DNA of 64,000 nucleotides from Vicinamibacterales bacterium (GTDB lineage Bacteria > Acidobacteriota > Vicinamibacteria > Vicinamibacterales > 2-12-FULL-66-21), in assembly GCA_036258055.1 (NCBI GenBank), contig DATAEK010000051.1:1532-65531 (forward strand), given 5' to 3'. The position numbers and the translations under genes were made by a program. Positions within the stretch are counted from its first letter, which is position 1. Each line of letters opens with the position of its first letter. Below the pieces are notes generated by a model. It saw nothing but the letters and a program-made list of their open reading frames with translations. It made no database searches and was not told where the DNA came from. This document shows, in pieces, positions 37,096-45,784 of the stretch.

Positions 37096-37432
37096 GGTTC
37101 TGTTCCTCCTCCTGCATTTGCCGAACGTATTGTTCGAGGCGCGCGAAGCTCTCGTCCCAGAAACGGCGATAGTTTTCCGCCCAGTCGACGACCTCTTTCA
37201 GCGGGGCAGCCTGGAGGCGGCTGGGACGCCGTTGCGCGTCGCGAGCTCGGGCGATGAGGCCGGCCCGCTCGAGCACCCGCAGGTGCTTGGAAATAGCTGG
37301 TCCGCTCATCGAGAAAGGAGCGGCGATCTCCTTCACGGTGGCCGTCCCGTCGGCCAGTTTGGCGAGAATGGCCCTTCTGGTGGGATCGGCGAGGGCGGCG
37401 AATGTAACGCTGAGCTGGTCTGTAGCGGTCAT
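37046..37432 (-). CDS. ArsR/SmtB-family transcriptional regulator
   Basis: ORF 37046..37432. The HTH region is FAALADPTRRAILAKLADGTATVKEIAAPFSMSGPAISKHLRVLERAGLI. Confidence 0.8.
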   Translation of the reverse strand: MTATDQLSVTFAALADPTRRAILAKLADGTATVKEIAAPFSMSGPAISKHLRVLERAGLIARARDAQRRPSRLQAAPLKEVVDWAENYRRFWDESFARLEQYVRQMQEEEQNHGHRKSSRRHDPDDSL

Positions 37433-37433
37433 G

Positions 37434-37463
37434 AGTAACCAGTAAGTTTGGTAACCGATAAGT
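37434..37463. promoter_or_regulatory. AT-rich tandem direct repeat (GTAACC-NN-TAAGTT x2), candidate operator
   Basis: GTAACCAGTAAGTT (37434..37447) and GTAACCGATAAGTT (37450..37463) are 16 bp apart. They sit in the ArsR / ADOP divergent intergenic region, immediately upstream of the arsR start. Confidence 0.3.
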
Positions 37464-37517
37464 TAAATACATCGTATTCGATTCGCTTGTCAAGCACTGA
37501 GGTGGGACGGCACGTCT

Positions 37518-40025
37518 GTGTCTCGCATGAGCGCATTTTTCGAATCCGCCACTCCCGAGAGGGGCCATCAAACCACTCGGGTGGTCCAAAGCGTGGGGCA
37601 GGACATTCGCTACGCAGTCAGGGGCCTTCGGCGCCGACCTGGGTTCGCGCTGTCGGCGACCCTGACGATCGGCGTTGGTATTGGTGCGCTGGCGTCGGTC
37701 CTGTCAGTTGTCTCCGCGGTGCTCCTACGACCCGCTCCGTACCCGACGGCCGACCGAATCGTACAAATCGAACAGGTGGTGGACGGGCGGCCACGCGACG
37801 AGGTTTCGACGCTGGACGTCCGTGCGCTCAGCGAGGGCAGCGCGTCGCTCTCGCACGTCACCATCGCATGGTTCTCGGAGGCGAGCGTCGCGGGTGATGG
37901 ATTGCCGGAACGCGCGCGACGCGTGTACACGGACTCCCAGGCCTTCGCGATGCTCGGCGTTCGGCCGCTCATCGGACGCCTTCCGACGAAAGCCGATGAA
38001 GCACTCGACGCAGACCCGGTCGTGATCCTCGGCCACCGATTGTGGTCGGAGCGGTTCGGATCGGATCCGGCGGTCATCGGGCGCGCAATCCGCATCGATG
38101 GACGTCCATCGACAGTGATCGGCGTGATGCCGGCCGGCTTTGCATATCCAGCGCCTTACTGGGCCGGCGGCGATCTCTGGCTGTTGCGCGGGCCGTCGCA
38201 CCCGTCGTGGCCGGCGACCCGCGCGGGCTTCACGCTGGGCTTCGGCCTGCTCGAGAAGGGGCGGACTCTTGTCCGCGCGCAAGCGGAAGCGGATGCCGTC
38301 GCCGCGGCGCTGGATGCACGCTATCCAGACTCCAACGGTCCAATCGGCCTGCGACTCACCGGTTTTGCGGCGGACGTTCGCGCGGAGGCGCGGCCCCGAC
38401 TGCTGTTGATCCTCGGTGCGGCCTCGGTTCTCTTCCTGATCGTCTGCGTCAATGTCGTGAATCTGCTGATCGGCCGTGGGCTCGATCGTCAGCGTGAGCT
38501 CGCGGCGCGCGTCGCGCTTGGCGCCGGGCCGGCAAGGCTGGTCAGGCAGTTGCTGACGGAAACTGCGGTCATGTTCCTCACTGGCGGCGCTGTGGGACTC
38601 CTCGCGGCTGTCCAAGGATCGCGACTCATGGCGGCCGTTCAGTCATTGAGCATTCCGCGGATGGACGAAGCGAGCGTTGACGGCACCGTCGTCATCGTCA
38701 CGATCGCGGTCACGATGATCGCGGCCGCGATCGTCGGGTTGGTGCCGGCATGGCAGGGTGTTCGGTCAGGTCTGTCCGGCCTGGCCGGATCCGATGTGCG
38801 AAGTGCCAGCCAGGGACGTCGCTGGCGTCATCTGCAGCGCACGCTGATCGCGGTCGAGGTCGGACTGGCTCTTGTGCTGCTCAGCGGCGCCGGAGTACTA
38901 CTCGAAGGCGCCCGGACGCTCGCCCGTACCGATCCGGGATTCGACGTGAGCGGCCTGATGCGGGCGCGCATCACTCTGCCGCCCGAGAGCTACGCGACAG
39001 CGAATGAGCAGCACGTGTTCTACGATCGCGTGCTCGCCCGCGTGCGTAGCGCGTTGGGTGTGACTGCGGTTGGCCTGGTAGACGTGCCACCAGGCGTTGG
39101 CGGCCGCGGAGGACCATCGATCTCGGTCGCTGGCGATCCGACCCCGACGTCAATCCGAGATCTGCGCCCGTCGGACGTGCGCCTCGTCAGCGTTGGTTAC
39201 CTCGAGACGCTCGGTCTCGCGGCCCAATCGGGCCGCGTGTTTTCGGCGAGCGATGCATCTCTTCCCGTTGCTGTCGTGAACGAGACGTTCGCGCGACGGT
39301 ATCAAAGCGGCGCGACCGCGGTCGGCCGTCGCGTGCGCGTCAGGCTCGGTGCGGATGTCACCGATCTGACTGCGTTCACGATCATCGGCGTCGTGCCCGA
39401 CGTGCGGGAGAAGACCGTCTATGAACCGCCGCCGCCGACGGTCTATCTTCCCTTCACGCAGGCGGGCAGCTCGCGAACGTCATTGTTGCGAATGAGCCTT
39501 CTGGTCAGAAGTCCGCGCCCGCCCGCGGATCTGGAGTTTCTGGTGCGCCGGGCCATCGCCGATGCGGATGCCGGCCTCGCCCCGTCAGATCTGGTGGCGA
39601 TGCGGGATCTTCTCGCGGCGGAGCTGTCGCTCAATCGCATAAATCTGGCGCTCCTCGCGGTCCTGGCGGTGGTGTCGCTCTGTCTTGCCGTGCTTGGCGT
39701 CTACGCCGTGACCGCGCACGGCGTTCGTCAGCGTACGCGCGAGATGGGGATCCGCCTGGCGCTCGGCGATTCGCCGCGTGGACTTCAACTGAGACTGCTC
39801 CGCGAAGGGGTCTTGCTGGTCACAGTCGGCCTCGCGTCCGGCGGCATCGCCGCGGTGTGGACCGCCGGCCTTCTGCGGTCTGCCGTGTATGGAATCGATC
39901 GCACCAGTCCAGTGACGTTCGCCGGCGCCGGACTCGTGCTTGCGGCTGCCGTGTTATTTGGATGCTACCTGCCAGCACGCCATGCGGCGCAGATTGATCC
40001 AGTGGCCGCGCTGCGCGCCGACTGA
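37518..40025 (+). CDS. ADOP-family duplicated orphan ABC permease
   Basis: ORF 37518..40025. It contains DIRYAVRGLRRRPGFALSATLTIGVGIGALASVL, has two FtsX halves and ends in DPVAALRAD. The exact start is uncertain. Confidence 0.85.
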   Translation: MSRMSAFFESATPERGHQTTRVVQSVGQDIRYAVRGLRRRPGFALSATLTIGVGIGALASVLSVVSAVLLRPAPYPTADRIVQIEQVVDGRPRDEVSTLDVRALSEGSASLSHVTIAWFSEASVAGDGLPERARRVYTDSQAFAMLGVRPLIGRLPTKADEALDADPVVILGHRLWSERFGSDPAVIGRAIRIDGRPSTVIGVMPAGFAYPAPYWAGGDLWLLRGPSHPSWPATRAGFTLGFGLLEKGRTLVRAQAEADAVAAALDARYPDSNGPIGLRLTGFAADVRAEARPRLLLILGAASVLFLIVCVNVVNLLIGRGLDRQRELAARVALGAGPARLVRQLLTETAVMFLTGGAVGLLAAVQGSRLMAAVQSLSIPRMDEASVDGTVVIVTIAVTMIAAAIVGLVPAWQGVRSGLSGLAGSDVRSASQGRRWRHLQRTLIAVEVGLALVLLSGAGVLLEGARTLARTDPGFDVSGLMRARITLPPESYATANEQHVFYDRVLARVRSALGVTAVGLVDVPPGVGGRGGPSISVAGDPTPTSIRDLRPSDVRLVSVGYLETLGLAAQSGRVFSASDASLPVAVVNETFARRYQSGATAVGRRVRVRLGADVTDLTAFTIIGVVPDVREKTVYEPPPPTVYLPFTQAGSSRTSLLRMSLLVRSPRPPADLEFLVRRAIADADAGLAPSDLVAMRDLLAAELSLNRINLALLAVLAVVSLCLAVLGVYAVTAHGVRQRTREMGIRLALGDSPRGLQLRLLREGVLLVTVGLASGGIAAVWTAGLLRSAVYGIDRTSPVTFAGAGLVLAAAVLFGCYLPARHAAQIDPVAALRAD

Positions 40026-40039
40026 ACGCCAAGGGATTC

Positions 40040-41011
40040 TCATGCTGCGTGGGATGTTCCCGCGCGCGCACGATACCAGGCGGCGACGAGGTCATGCGCG
40101 GCCTCTTCCCAGCGCGGATACCGGAAGACGAACCCTCCGTCGATCAAGCGCCCGGGGATGACGCGACGGCTTTTCAGAATGAGCTCCGTTTCAGTCCGCA
40201 TGAAAACGGCCCCGATCGCCAGCATCCACTTCGTGGACGGGAGGCCGAATGGCACGCCCGCCTCGTGACGCAGGATCCGCATGAAATCGGTGTTGGGCAG
40301 CGGATTGGGTGAGGCGACGTTGACGATGCCGTCGATGTCGTCGTGGGCGATCAGCCACTCGATCGCCGAGATGAAATCCTGCTGATGAATCCACGAAATG
40401 AACTGACGTCCGTCCCCTGCGGGTCCGCCGAGACCTCTTCGGACGAGGACCAGCAAAGTGTCGAGGATCCCGCCCGTCTCCGTGCTCATGATCATCGCGG
40501 ATCGCAGCGCCACCTTCCTGGTTCGCGGGGTCACCGCCAGATCGAGTGCCTTCTCCCATCCGCGGGCGACCTCAATACTGAAAGCCCAGGACGCGGGGGC
40601 ATCTGCCTCCTGACCACCCAGGCGGCCCGACCGTTCGTCGTGGGGAGCGCCGAACGTGTGCGCATAGATTGTGGCGGTGCTGGATTGCAGCCAGACCCGC
40701 GGAGGGCGACTGGCCCGGGCGATTGCGTGTCCCACGACGCGAGTGGAAGCGATTCTGGAGTCAATGATCGCGCGGCGATTCTCAGCGGTGTAGCGGCAAT
40801 TGACGCTGCGGCCGGCGAGATTGATCACGACATCGGCACCATCGATTTCCGACGCCCAGTCGCCGAGCGTGACGCCGTCCCAGGAGACGACGCGCCAGGC
40901 GGCGGCGGCCGGCTGGCGGCTGAGGACGACGACCTCGTGTCCGTGTTCGTGGAACGCACCCGAGAGAAGATTGCCGACCTTGCCCGATCCGCCGGGGATG
41001 ACGATCTTCAT
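40040..41011 (-). CDS. TIGR01777/YfcH-like NAD-dependent epimerase (SDR with C-terminal DUF1731)
   Basis: ORF 40040..41029. GGGAG-N5-ATG places the start at 41011. The N-terminus is MKIVIPGGSGKVGNLL, with a Rossmann glycine motif. The C-terminus has RVIPGRLIDGGFVFRYP. Confidence 0.8.
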   Translation of the reverse strand: MKIVIPGGSGKVGNLLSGAFHEHGHEVVVLSRQPAAAAWRVVSWDGVTLGDWASEIDGADVVINLAGRSVNCRYTAENRRAIIDSRIASTRVVGHAIARASRPPRVWLQSSTATIYAHTFGAPHDERSGRLGGQEADAPASWAFSIEVARGWEKALDLAVTPRTRKVALRSAMIMSTETGGILDTLLVLVRRGLGGPAGDGRQFISWIHQQDFISAIEWLIAHDDIDGIVNVASPNPLPNTDFMRILRHEAGVPFGLPSTKWMLAIGAVFMRTETELILKSRRVIPGRLIDGGFVFRYPRWEEAAHDLVAAWYRARAGTSHAA

Positions 41012-41089
41012 GAGAACTCCCAGGAACAATCCGTCGTGCGGTATCTGGGGCCGCGCTTTACCGTAGTCGCGAACCGTGCTTTAATTACG

Positions 41090-41103
41090 GTAAACATGTT
41101 TAC
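41090..41103. promoter_or_regulatory. 14-bp perfect palindrome GTAAACATGTTTAC, candidate TetR operator
   Basis: It is an AT-rich island in GC-rich DNA, centred on the tetR ATG (41096..41098). Confidence 0.4.
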
Positions 41104-41824
41104 TGAAAATGTCAAGCGACGCGGCCGAGGCCGCCCACTGGGCAGGACGGCGCAGGGGACGGCCGCCAGAGACCGCTTGTACGACGTCGCGACGGGCCTG
41201 ATCGCCGAGCGTGGGTACGAGGCGACGACGCTGCGCGAGATCGCCGATCGCGCAGGCGTCAGCGTGGGCTTGTTGTATCGCTACTTTCCGAACAAGCGCG
41301 CCATCGTCCTCGCCCTTTACGAGAACCTGTCGAGGGAGTACGCGGAGGAGACTGCCGGGATGCAGCCTGGCCGCTGGCGGGACCGCTTCCTTTTCGCGCT
41401 GGCAACCAGCCTGCGGGTGCTCGGTCCGCACCGCACGACGCTCAGAGCGCTCGTACCCGTGCTCGTCGGGGATCCCGAGGACGGTCTGTTCGCCAACGCG
41501 ACGGCGTTTTCACGCGTGCGCGTCGCGCAGGCATTTCAAGCCGCCGTGACCGGCGCCACGGATGCTCCGCCGGCGGTGCTGGCCGACGCCATAGGGCGAC
41601 TCCTGTACTTCGTCCACCTCGGAGTGATTCTGTTGTGGCTCCTCGACCGGACGCCGAGTCAAAGGGCGACCGCGGGGCTGGTCACGCTGATGCGGCAGAT
41701 CCTGCCGTCCGCCGCGCTGGCGCTGCGTCTTCCGGCAGTGCGCCGATTCGTTCGCACTGCGGATGCACTGTTTCGGGAAGCGCTGTTCGACGATCCCGGC
41801 GCAGGGACGATCTCGGCAACCTGA
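41096..41824 (+). CDS. TetR/AcrR-family transcriptional regulator
   Basis: This is the last 242 aa of ORF 40343..41824. The HTH region is RDRLYDVATGLIAERGYEATTLREIADRAGVSVGLLYRYFPNKRAIV. Confidence 0.85.
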   Translation: MFTENVKRRGRGRPLGRTAQGTAARDRLYDVATGLIAERGYEATTLREIADRAGVSVGLLYRYFPNKRAIVLALYENLSREYAEETAGMQPGRWRDRFLFALATSLRVLGPHRTTLRALVPVLVGDPEDGLFANATAFSRVRVAQAFQAAVTGATDAPPAVLADAIGRLLYFVHLGVILLWLLDRTPSQRATAGLVTLMRQILPSAALALRLPAVRRFVRTADALFREALFDDPGAGTISAT

Positions 41825-41826
41825 TG

Positions 41827-41884
41827 TGCAACTAAATGGTTGCATGTCTCGGCAGGGGTCGGTAATATGCAACCAGGAGGTTGC
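41827..41884. promoter_or_regulatory. Two related inverted repeats (TGCAAC-N6-GTTGCA; GCAACC-N4-GGTTGC), candidate ArsR operator sites
   Basis: The repeats lie at 41827..41844 and 41869..41884. The second embeds the AGGAGG Shine-Dalgarno of the SRPBCC gene. Confidence 0.35.
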
Positions 41885-41886
41885 GT

Positions 41887-42354
41887 ATGCAGACGGTCAG
41901 TACGGATCGCATCGAGAAGCGGGTGACGTTGCGGGCGCCGCGTTCGCGCGTCTGGCGCGCGATTTCGAATGCAGACGAGTTCGGGCGGTGGTTCGGGGCG
42001 AAACTCAGCGGGACGATCGCGCCCGGTAACCGGCTGAAAGGGCCGATCACCATCAAGGGCTACGAGCACCTGACAATTGACGTGACGGTGGAGAAGGTAG
42101 AACCCGAGCGCGTGATGTCGTTCCGCTGGCATCCCAATGCGACCGACGTGACCCACGACTACTCGTCGGAACCGACGACGCTCGTGACCTTCACGCTGGA
42201 GGACTCGGACGGCGGCACGCTGCTGACGGTCGTGGAGAACGGATTCGACAGCATCCCGCTTTCGCGGCGGGCCGAGGCGTTTCGCGGCAACGAGTCCGGC
42301 TGGGCCCAGCAGATGGTCCAGATCGAGCAGTACCTGGCCAATGCTGCGAAGTAG
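41887..42354 (+). CDS. SRPBCC-superfamily protein (Aha1-like)
   Basis: ORF 41881..42354. AGGAGG-N6-ATG places the start at 41887. The segment RIEKRVTLRAPRSRVWRAISNADEFGRWFG is typical of the family. Confidence 0.8.
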   Translation: MQTVSTDRIEKRVTLRAPRSRVWRAISNADEFGRWFGAKLSGTIAPGNRLKGPITIKGYEHLTIDVTVEKVEPERVMSFRWHPNATDVTHDYSSEPTTLVTFTLEDSDGGTLLTVVENGFDSIPLSRRAEAFRGNESGWAQQMVQIEQYLANAAK

Positions 42355-42688
42355 TGGACTACGGGGAGCCGAGCTCAAGGGCTCGGCACCTGTGTTCGCG
42401 GCGCTCGGCGACGAGACGCGGCTCCAGATCGTCGCGCGCCTCTGCCGCGGGGGGCCTCAGTCGATCGTTCGTCTCGCGGATGGCAGCGGCGTCACCCGTC
42501 AGGCGATCACGAAACACCTTCACGTGTTGTCCGACGCGGGTCTCGTACGCGGCAGCCGGGCGGGCCGCGAGCGCGTCTGGGAGCTCGAGCCGGAGCGCCT
42601 CGAGGCCGCGCGGCGATGCATCGAGAACATCTCGGCGCAGTGGGATCTCGCGCTCGGCCGCCTGAAGGCGTTCGTGGAAAACGGCTGA
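42341..42688 (+). CDS. ArsR/SmtB-family transcriptional regulator
   Basis: ORF 42341..42688. The HTH region is FAALGDETRLQIVARLCRGGPQSIVRLADGSGVTRQAITKHLHVLSDAGLV. Confidence 0.8.
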   Translation: MLRSSGLRGAELKGSAPVFAALGDETRLQIVARLCRGGPQSIVRLADGSGVTRQAITKHLHVLSDAGLVRGSRAGRERVWELEPERLEAARRCIENISAQWDLALGRLKAFVENG

Positions 42689-42695
42689 TCGAACG

Positions 42696-43079
42696 TCAGC
42701 GCAGCGAACGCGCGACGATTCCGAGGCCGCCGAAGAGGAGCACGAGCATCACGAGCGTGTTGAAGAGTGTGGTCTGGCGGAAGTAGATGTCCATGTTCAT
42801 CAGAATCCCCGCCAGGATAATCGCGGCGCCGACGATAGTCAGCAGCCAGCCGACGATCGATTTGCCGTTGAAGAACAGGAACCCGACGCCGATGAGGAGC
42901 GGCAGTAGCGTCAGGCCGAATCCTCCGTACGCGCCGAACCGCCAGAAGGAGGTCGTGACCTGAACCTGATTGAGGATCAGGTAACCGCCCACGGCGGCCA
43001 TGATGGTTCCGAGGAAGAACGCGCCGACGCCCCCGGGCGTTCCACCGGCGCCGCGCGCAGGGTTCACAGATTCTGGCAT
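42696..43079 (-). CDS. Hypothetical 4-TM membrane protein
   Basis: ORF 42696..43079 has strongly hydrophobic segments throughout. It lies 7 nt downstream of the sigma/cupin chimera. Confidence 0.6.
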   Translation of the reverse strand: MPESVNPARGAGGTPGGVGAFFLGTIMAAVGGYLILNQVQVTTSFWRFGAYGGFGLTLLPLLIGVGFLFFNGKSIVGWLLTIVGAAIILAGILMNMDIYFRQTTLFNTLVMLVLLFGGLGIVARSLR

Positions 43080-43086
43080 TGGGCGA

Positions 43087-43509
43087 TCAACCCGTCACCG
43101 GCGGCAGGTAGTCCTCGGGTGGAACGACCAGCAGCATGCGACAGCCTTCTTCGGTAAAGAGCTCGCCGTGATCGCTTCCGCCCTCGGCGTGGTGGAAGTC
43201 GCCGGCGACGAGCCGGCGGCCGCAGGCGATCAGGCTGCCTGAGATCACGTAACACTCTTCGTCGCCGGTGTGATGGTGCGGCGGAAAGCGCACCCCCGGC
43301 GCGTCGTAGGTCTCGATCCGCGTCCACGCGCGGAGGAAGACCTCCAGCAGTACCTCCTCGGCCTCGCTGCGATTGCACAAGATCCACAGGATCAGCCCGA
43401 ACAACAGCCGGCCATGGCGATCGTAGAGTGCGGCAATCGCACTTGCGTCCCGCGCTGCCACGCGGTCGAGCAACGCGCGATCGATCCGCACCTCATCGTC
43501 GTTCGACAT
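43087..43509 (-). CDS. Chimeric ORF: ECF sigma-70 region 2.1/2.2 fragment fused to a ChrR-type cupin domain
   Basis: ORF 43087..43518 has a TTG start, with ATG at 43509. The N-terminal half is AIAALYDRHGRLLFGLILWILCNRSEAEEVLLEVFLRAWTRIETYD, which is sigma region 2. It is followed directly by PGVRFPPHHHTGDEECYVISG, an exact fit to cupin motif 1 (G-X5-H-X-H-X3-E-X6-G), and GDFHHAEGGSDH. Sigma regions 2.3/2.4 and 4 are absent. Confidence 0.65.
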   Translation of the reverse strand: MSNDDEVRIDRALLDRVAARDASAIAALYDRHGRLLFGLILWILCNRSEAEEVLLEVFLRAWTRIETYDAPGVRFPPHHHTGDEECYVISGSLIACGRRLVAGDFHHAEGGSDHGELFTEEGCRMLLVVPPEDYLPPVTG

Positions 43510-43604
43510 TATCCTCAACCGGCCGCGACGAATTCTATACCGCTATGAAGCACGTGGCTTCACCGTCGATAGCTGGGACTCAGGGAGGCGGGTGACAGCG
43601 CCGG

Positions 43605-44405
43605 CTACGGTTTCGGGCTGACGACGAAGTCCTTGAAGTAGCTCGAGCTGTCGGTCTTGGACCAGAGCCCGACTTTCCCGGACACTGGCGGTCGCAGTAC
43701 CGCGTTGGTCGCGGGAAAGAGATCCGGGTTCGGTGCGGCGCCGCCGCGGCCAGGGCCGGGCTCGGACCCGAGCGTGTACTCGAGGGCGAGCTTGTCGTCG
43801 ATCCACGCTTTGAAGTCGGCGTTGTCGACGGTCATCTTGAGCTCGTGCCACGCGCTGCGGTCGAGCATCCATTGACCCTCGCGTCCCCGCTTGACCGACC
43901 GGCGGATCCCGTTGTGGAACTCCCAGAGCACGACGTTGTTTTCCGTGTCGTTGTAGCGGATCGCCAGCCAGTCCCCGTTCGGCTTGACGTTGAAGACCAT
44001 GCCGGAACAGCGATCGGAATCGCCGGCGATGGTCTTGAACTTCATGCTCAGCGTGCCGTTCCCGAAATTGTCCACGCCTTTGAGAATCGCGACCGGGTAG
44101 TAGGCGAACTGCTTGGCGTTGTCCATCAGCTCTTCGTTCGAGGTGCCGTACAACTTGCGTGCGCTCTCGATCAGGAGCTTCGTGGGGCTGTCCTTGCTCG
44201 CAACCCACGGGCGGCCGTCGACCATGATCACCTTGTCGGGGCCGTCCTGCGCCACGACCCAGGTGCCCACCATGGGCTCGAACGTCACCGGCGTCTTCCC
44301 GACCTGTTCTTTGCTCAGGTCGACCTTGATGTCCGCGGCGTGCAGCGACGCCAGCAGGGGAAAGGCAACGAGCAGGGGCACAATTCGCTTGGCGACTGCA
44401 TTCAT
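43605..44405 (-). CDS. Secreted DUF1080-like (concanavalin/LamG-fold) protein
   Basis: ORF 43605..44405. It has a signal peptide (MNAVAKRIVPLLVAFPLLASLHA). It also shows GTWVVAQDG and a terminal GKVGLWSK..YFKDFVV pattern typical of DUF1080. Confidence 0.7.
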   Translation of the reverse strand: MNAVAKRIVPLLVAFPLLASLHAADIKVDLSKEQVGKTPVTFEPMVGTWVVAQDGPDKVIMVDGRPWVASKDSPTKLLIESARKLYGTSNEELMDNAKQFAYYPVAILKGVDNFGNGTLSMKFKTIAGDSDRCSGMVFNVKPNGDWLAIRYNDTENNVVLWEFHNGIRRSVKRGREGQWMLDRSAWHELKMTVDNADFKAWIDDKLALEYTLGSEPGPGRGGAAPNPDLFPATNAVLRPPVSGKVGLWSKTDSSSYFKDFVVSPKP

Positions 44406-45784
44406 TGAGTCCTCCTGCGCACGAAGAAGGCCGTCGCAACGATCAACGCCGGCCAGATGCCGTAGAACACGGTGGCCGCTCCCCTGGGCGGCACAGCAAG
44501 TGGATGACCGCGGAACACTGCCTCCTGGTGTTCCCTCGGAGGTGAGACTCCCGCGAGCGAGTAGATCGTTTCGAGCACGCCCTCGGCCGTCGTCATCCGG
44601 CTCATCGCCCGGCGCCCGTCGAGGTCGTACCAGATTTCCCCGTATTTGGTAGCAGTCTGCTCGAACAGTCCGGTGCTGGTGGCCGAGATGTATTGCACCT
44701 GCAGATGTGGCATGACGCGACGCAGCTTCGACAGCGCGCGATGCTCGAGATCGAATCGACGCGGATCCTCCGGCGCCAGATATGCTTCGACCCGCAGCGG
44801 CGCGCGAATGGTCTGCAGCACTTCCTCATCATCTTCGGGGAAGGAATTGGCGCGGGCCTCGGACGTGTCCCAGCTCACCGGCGCGAATGTGCACGTGAAC
44901 ACGATTGCCGTCGCCAGCGCCGCCATCACGATCGACTCGGACATCCGGCGATTGACGGGGACGCCGAGGCGCGTCCAGATCGCGGCGAGCGTCAAGCCGA
45001 GCGCGATGAACACGAGCGCGATCAGGACGACGTCGAAGCGAATGAGGCCGTGCTGAAAGTCGCTGACCATCGCGGTCGGCGTGTAGCGGGCGAGCTTTTC
45101 CCAGACGCCGCCCTGCACGGCCGCCACGAAATTGAGGACCCAGGTGCCGACCGTGACACCCAGGGTCAGGATCGCTGCCGTGGACGGATGCTCGGCGACC
45201 GAGGCGGTCGCAGCCGCCAACGCGATCGTCAGGCCGGCGTTGAGCATGTGACCGAGCGCGACCGTCGCCAGTTCCGGCGGATACAGCGTCCCGCCGTACG
45301 ACTTCCACAGGATGATCGCGATGACCGGCGGCGCCGAGGCAATGATCCAGCCGGCGAGCAGCACCAGCGCTTTCGCGGCCATCCGCTCGAACGACGACAT
45401 CGGATGCTGGAGCTCGAGCTTCAACGCCCCGCTCTGCTGATCGCCGGCGACAAGTCGAATCGCGACGAATGGCAGCAGGAACGCTGCAACGATCTCGCAC
45501 GCGCTGAAGGTCGGTGCCCAGATGCCGACAAGCGGCGAGAATGCCTCGCCGACGCCTGCGGCGGTCCCGTTGAGCCCGCTCAGCTCCGCGTACGTCCGCA
45601 CGGCGCTGATGAACGACACGCCGACCAGGGGGCCCATCAGAAAGAGCATGACCCACCAGGCGCGGGACGACATCAAATCGCGGAATTCCTTCTCGAGCAG
45701 CCAGACGAAAGGCGATCTACGTGAGGGCAAGGACGACGTCCTCGAGATCGCGCGGGGCCCGGGCATGGTGCTCGCTCGCGGCAA
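44402..45784 (-). CDS. ABC-2-type transporter permease with C-terminal extracytoplasmic extension
   Basis: ORF 44402..45784. The N-terminus FVWLLEKEFRDLMSSRAWWVMLF is typical of ABC-2 permeases. There are six or more TM segments, a soluble region and a final TM. The start is uncertain (ATG 45784/45766 or TTG 45730). Its stop overlaps the next gene's ATG. Confidence 0.75.
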   Translation of the reverse strand: MPRASTMPGPRAISRTSSLPSRRSPFVWLLEKEFRDLMSSRAWWVMLFLMGPLVGVSFISAVRTYAELSGLNGTAAGVGEAFSPLVGIWAPTFSACEIVAAFLLPFVAIRLVAGDQQSGALKLELQHPMSSFERMAAKALVLLAGWIIASAPPVIAIILWKSYGGTLYPPELATVALGHMLNAGLTIALAAATASVAEHPSTAAILTLGVTVGTWVLNFVAAVQGGVWEKLARYTPTAMVSDFQHGLIRFDVVLIALVFIALGLTLAAIWTRLGVPVNRRMSESIVMAALATAIVFTCTFAPVSWDTSEARANSFPEDDEEVLQTIRAPLRVEAYLAPEDPRRFDLEHRALSKLRRVMPHLQVQYISATSTGLFEQTATKYGEIWYDLDGRRAMSRMTTAEGVLETIYSLAGVSPPREHQEAVFRGHPLAVPPRGAATVFYGIWPALIVATAFFVRRRTQ

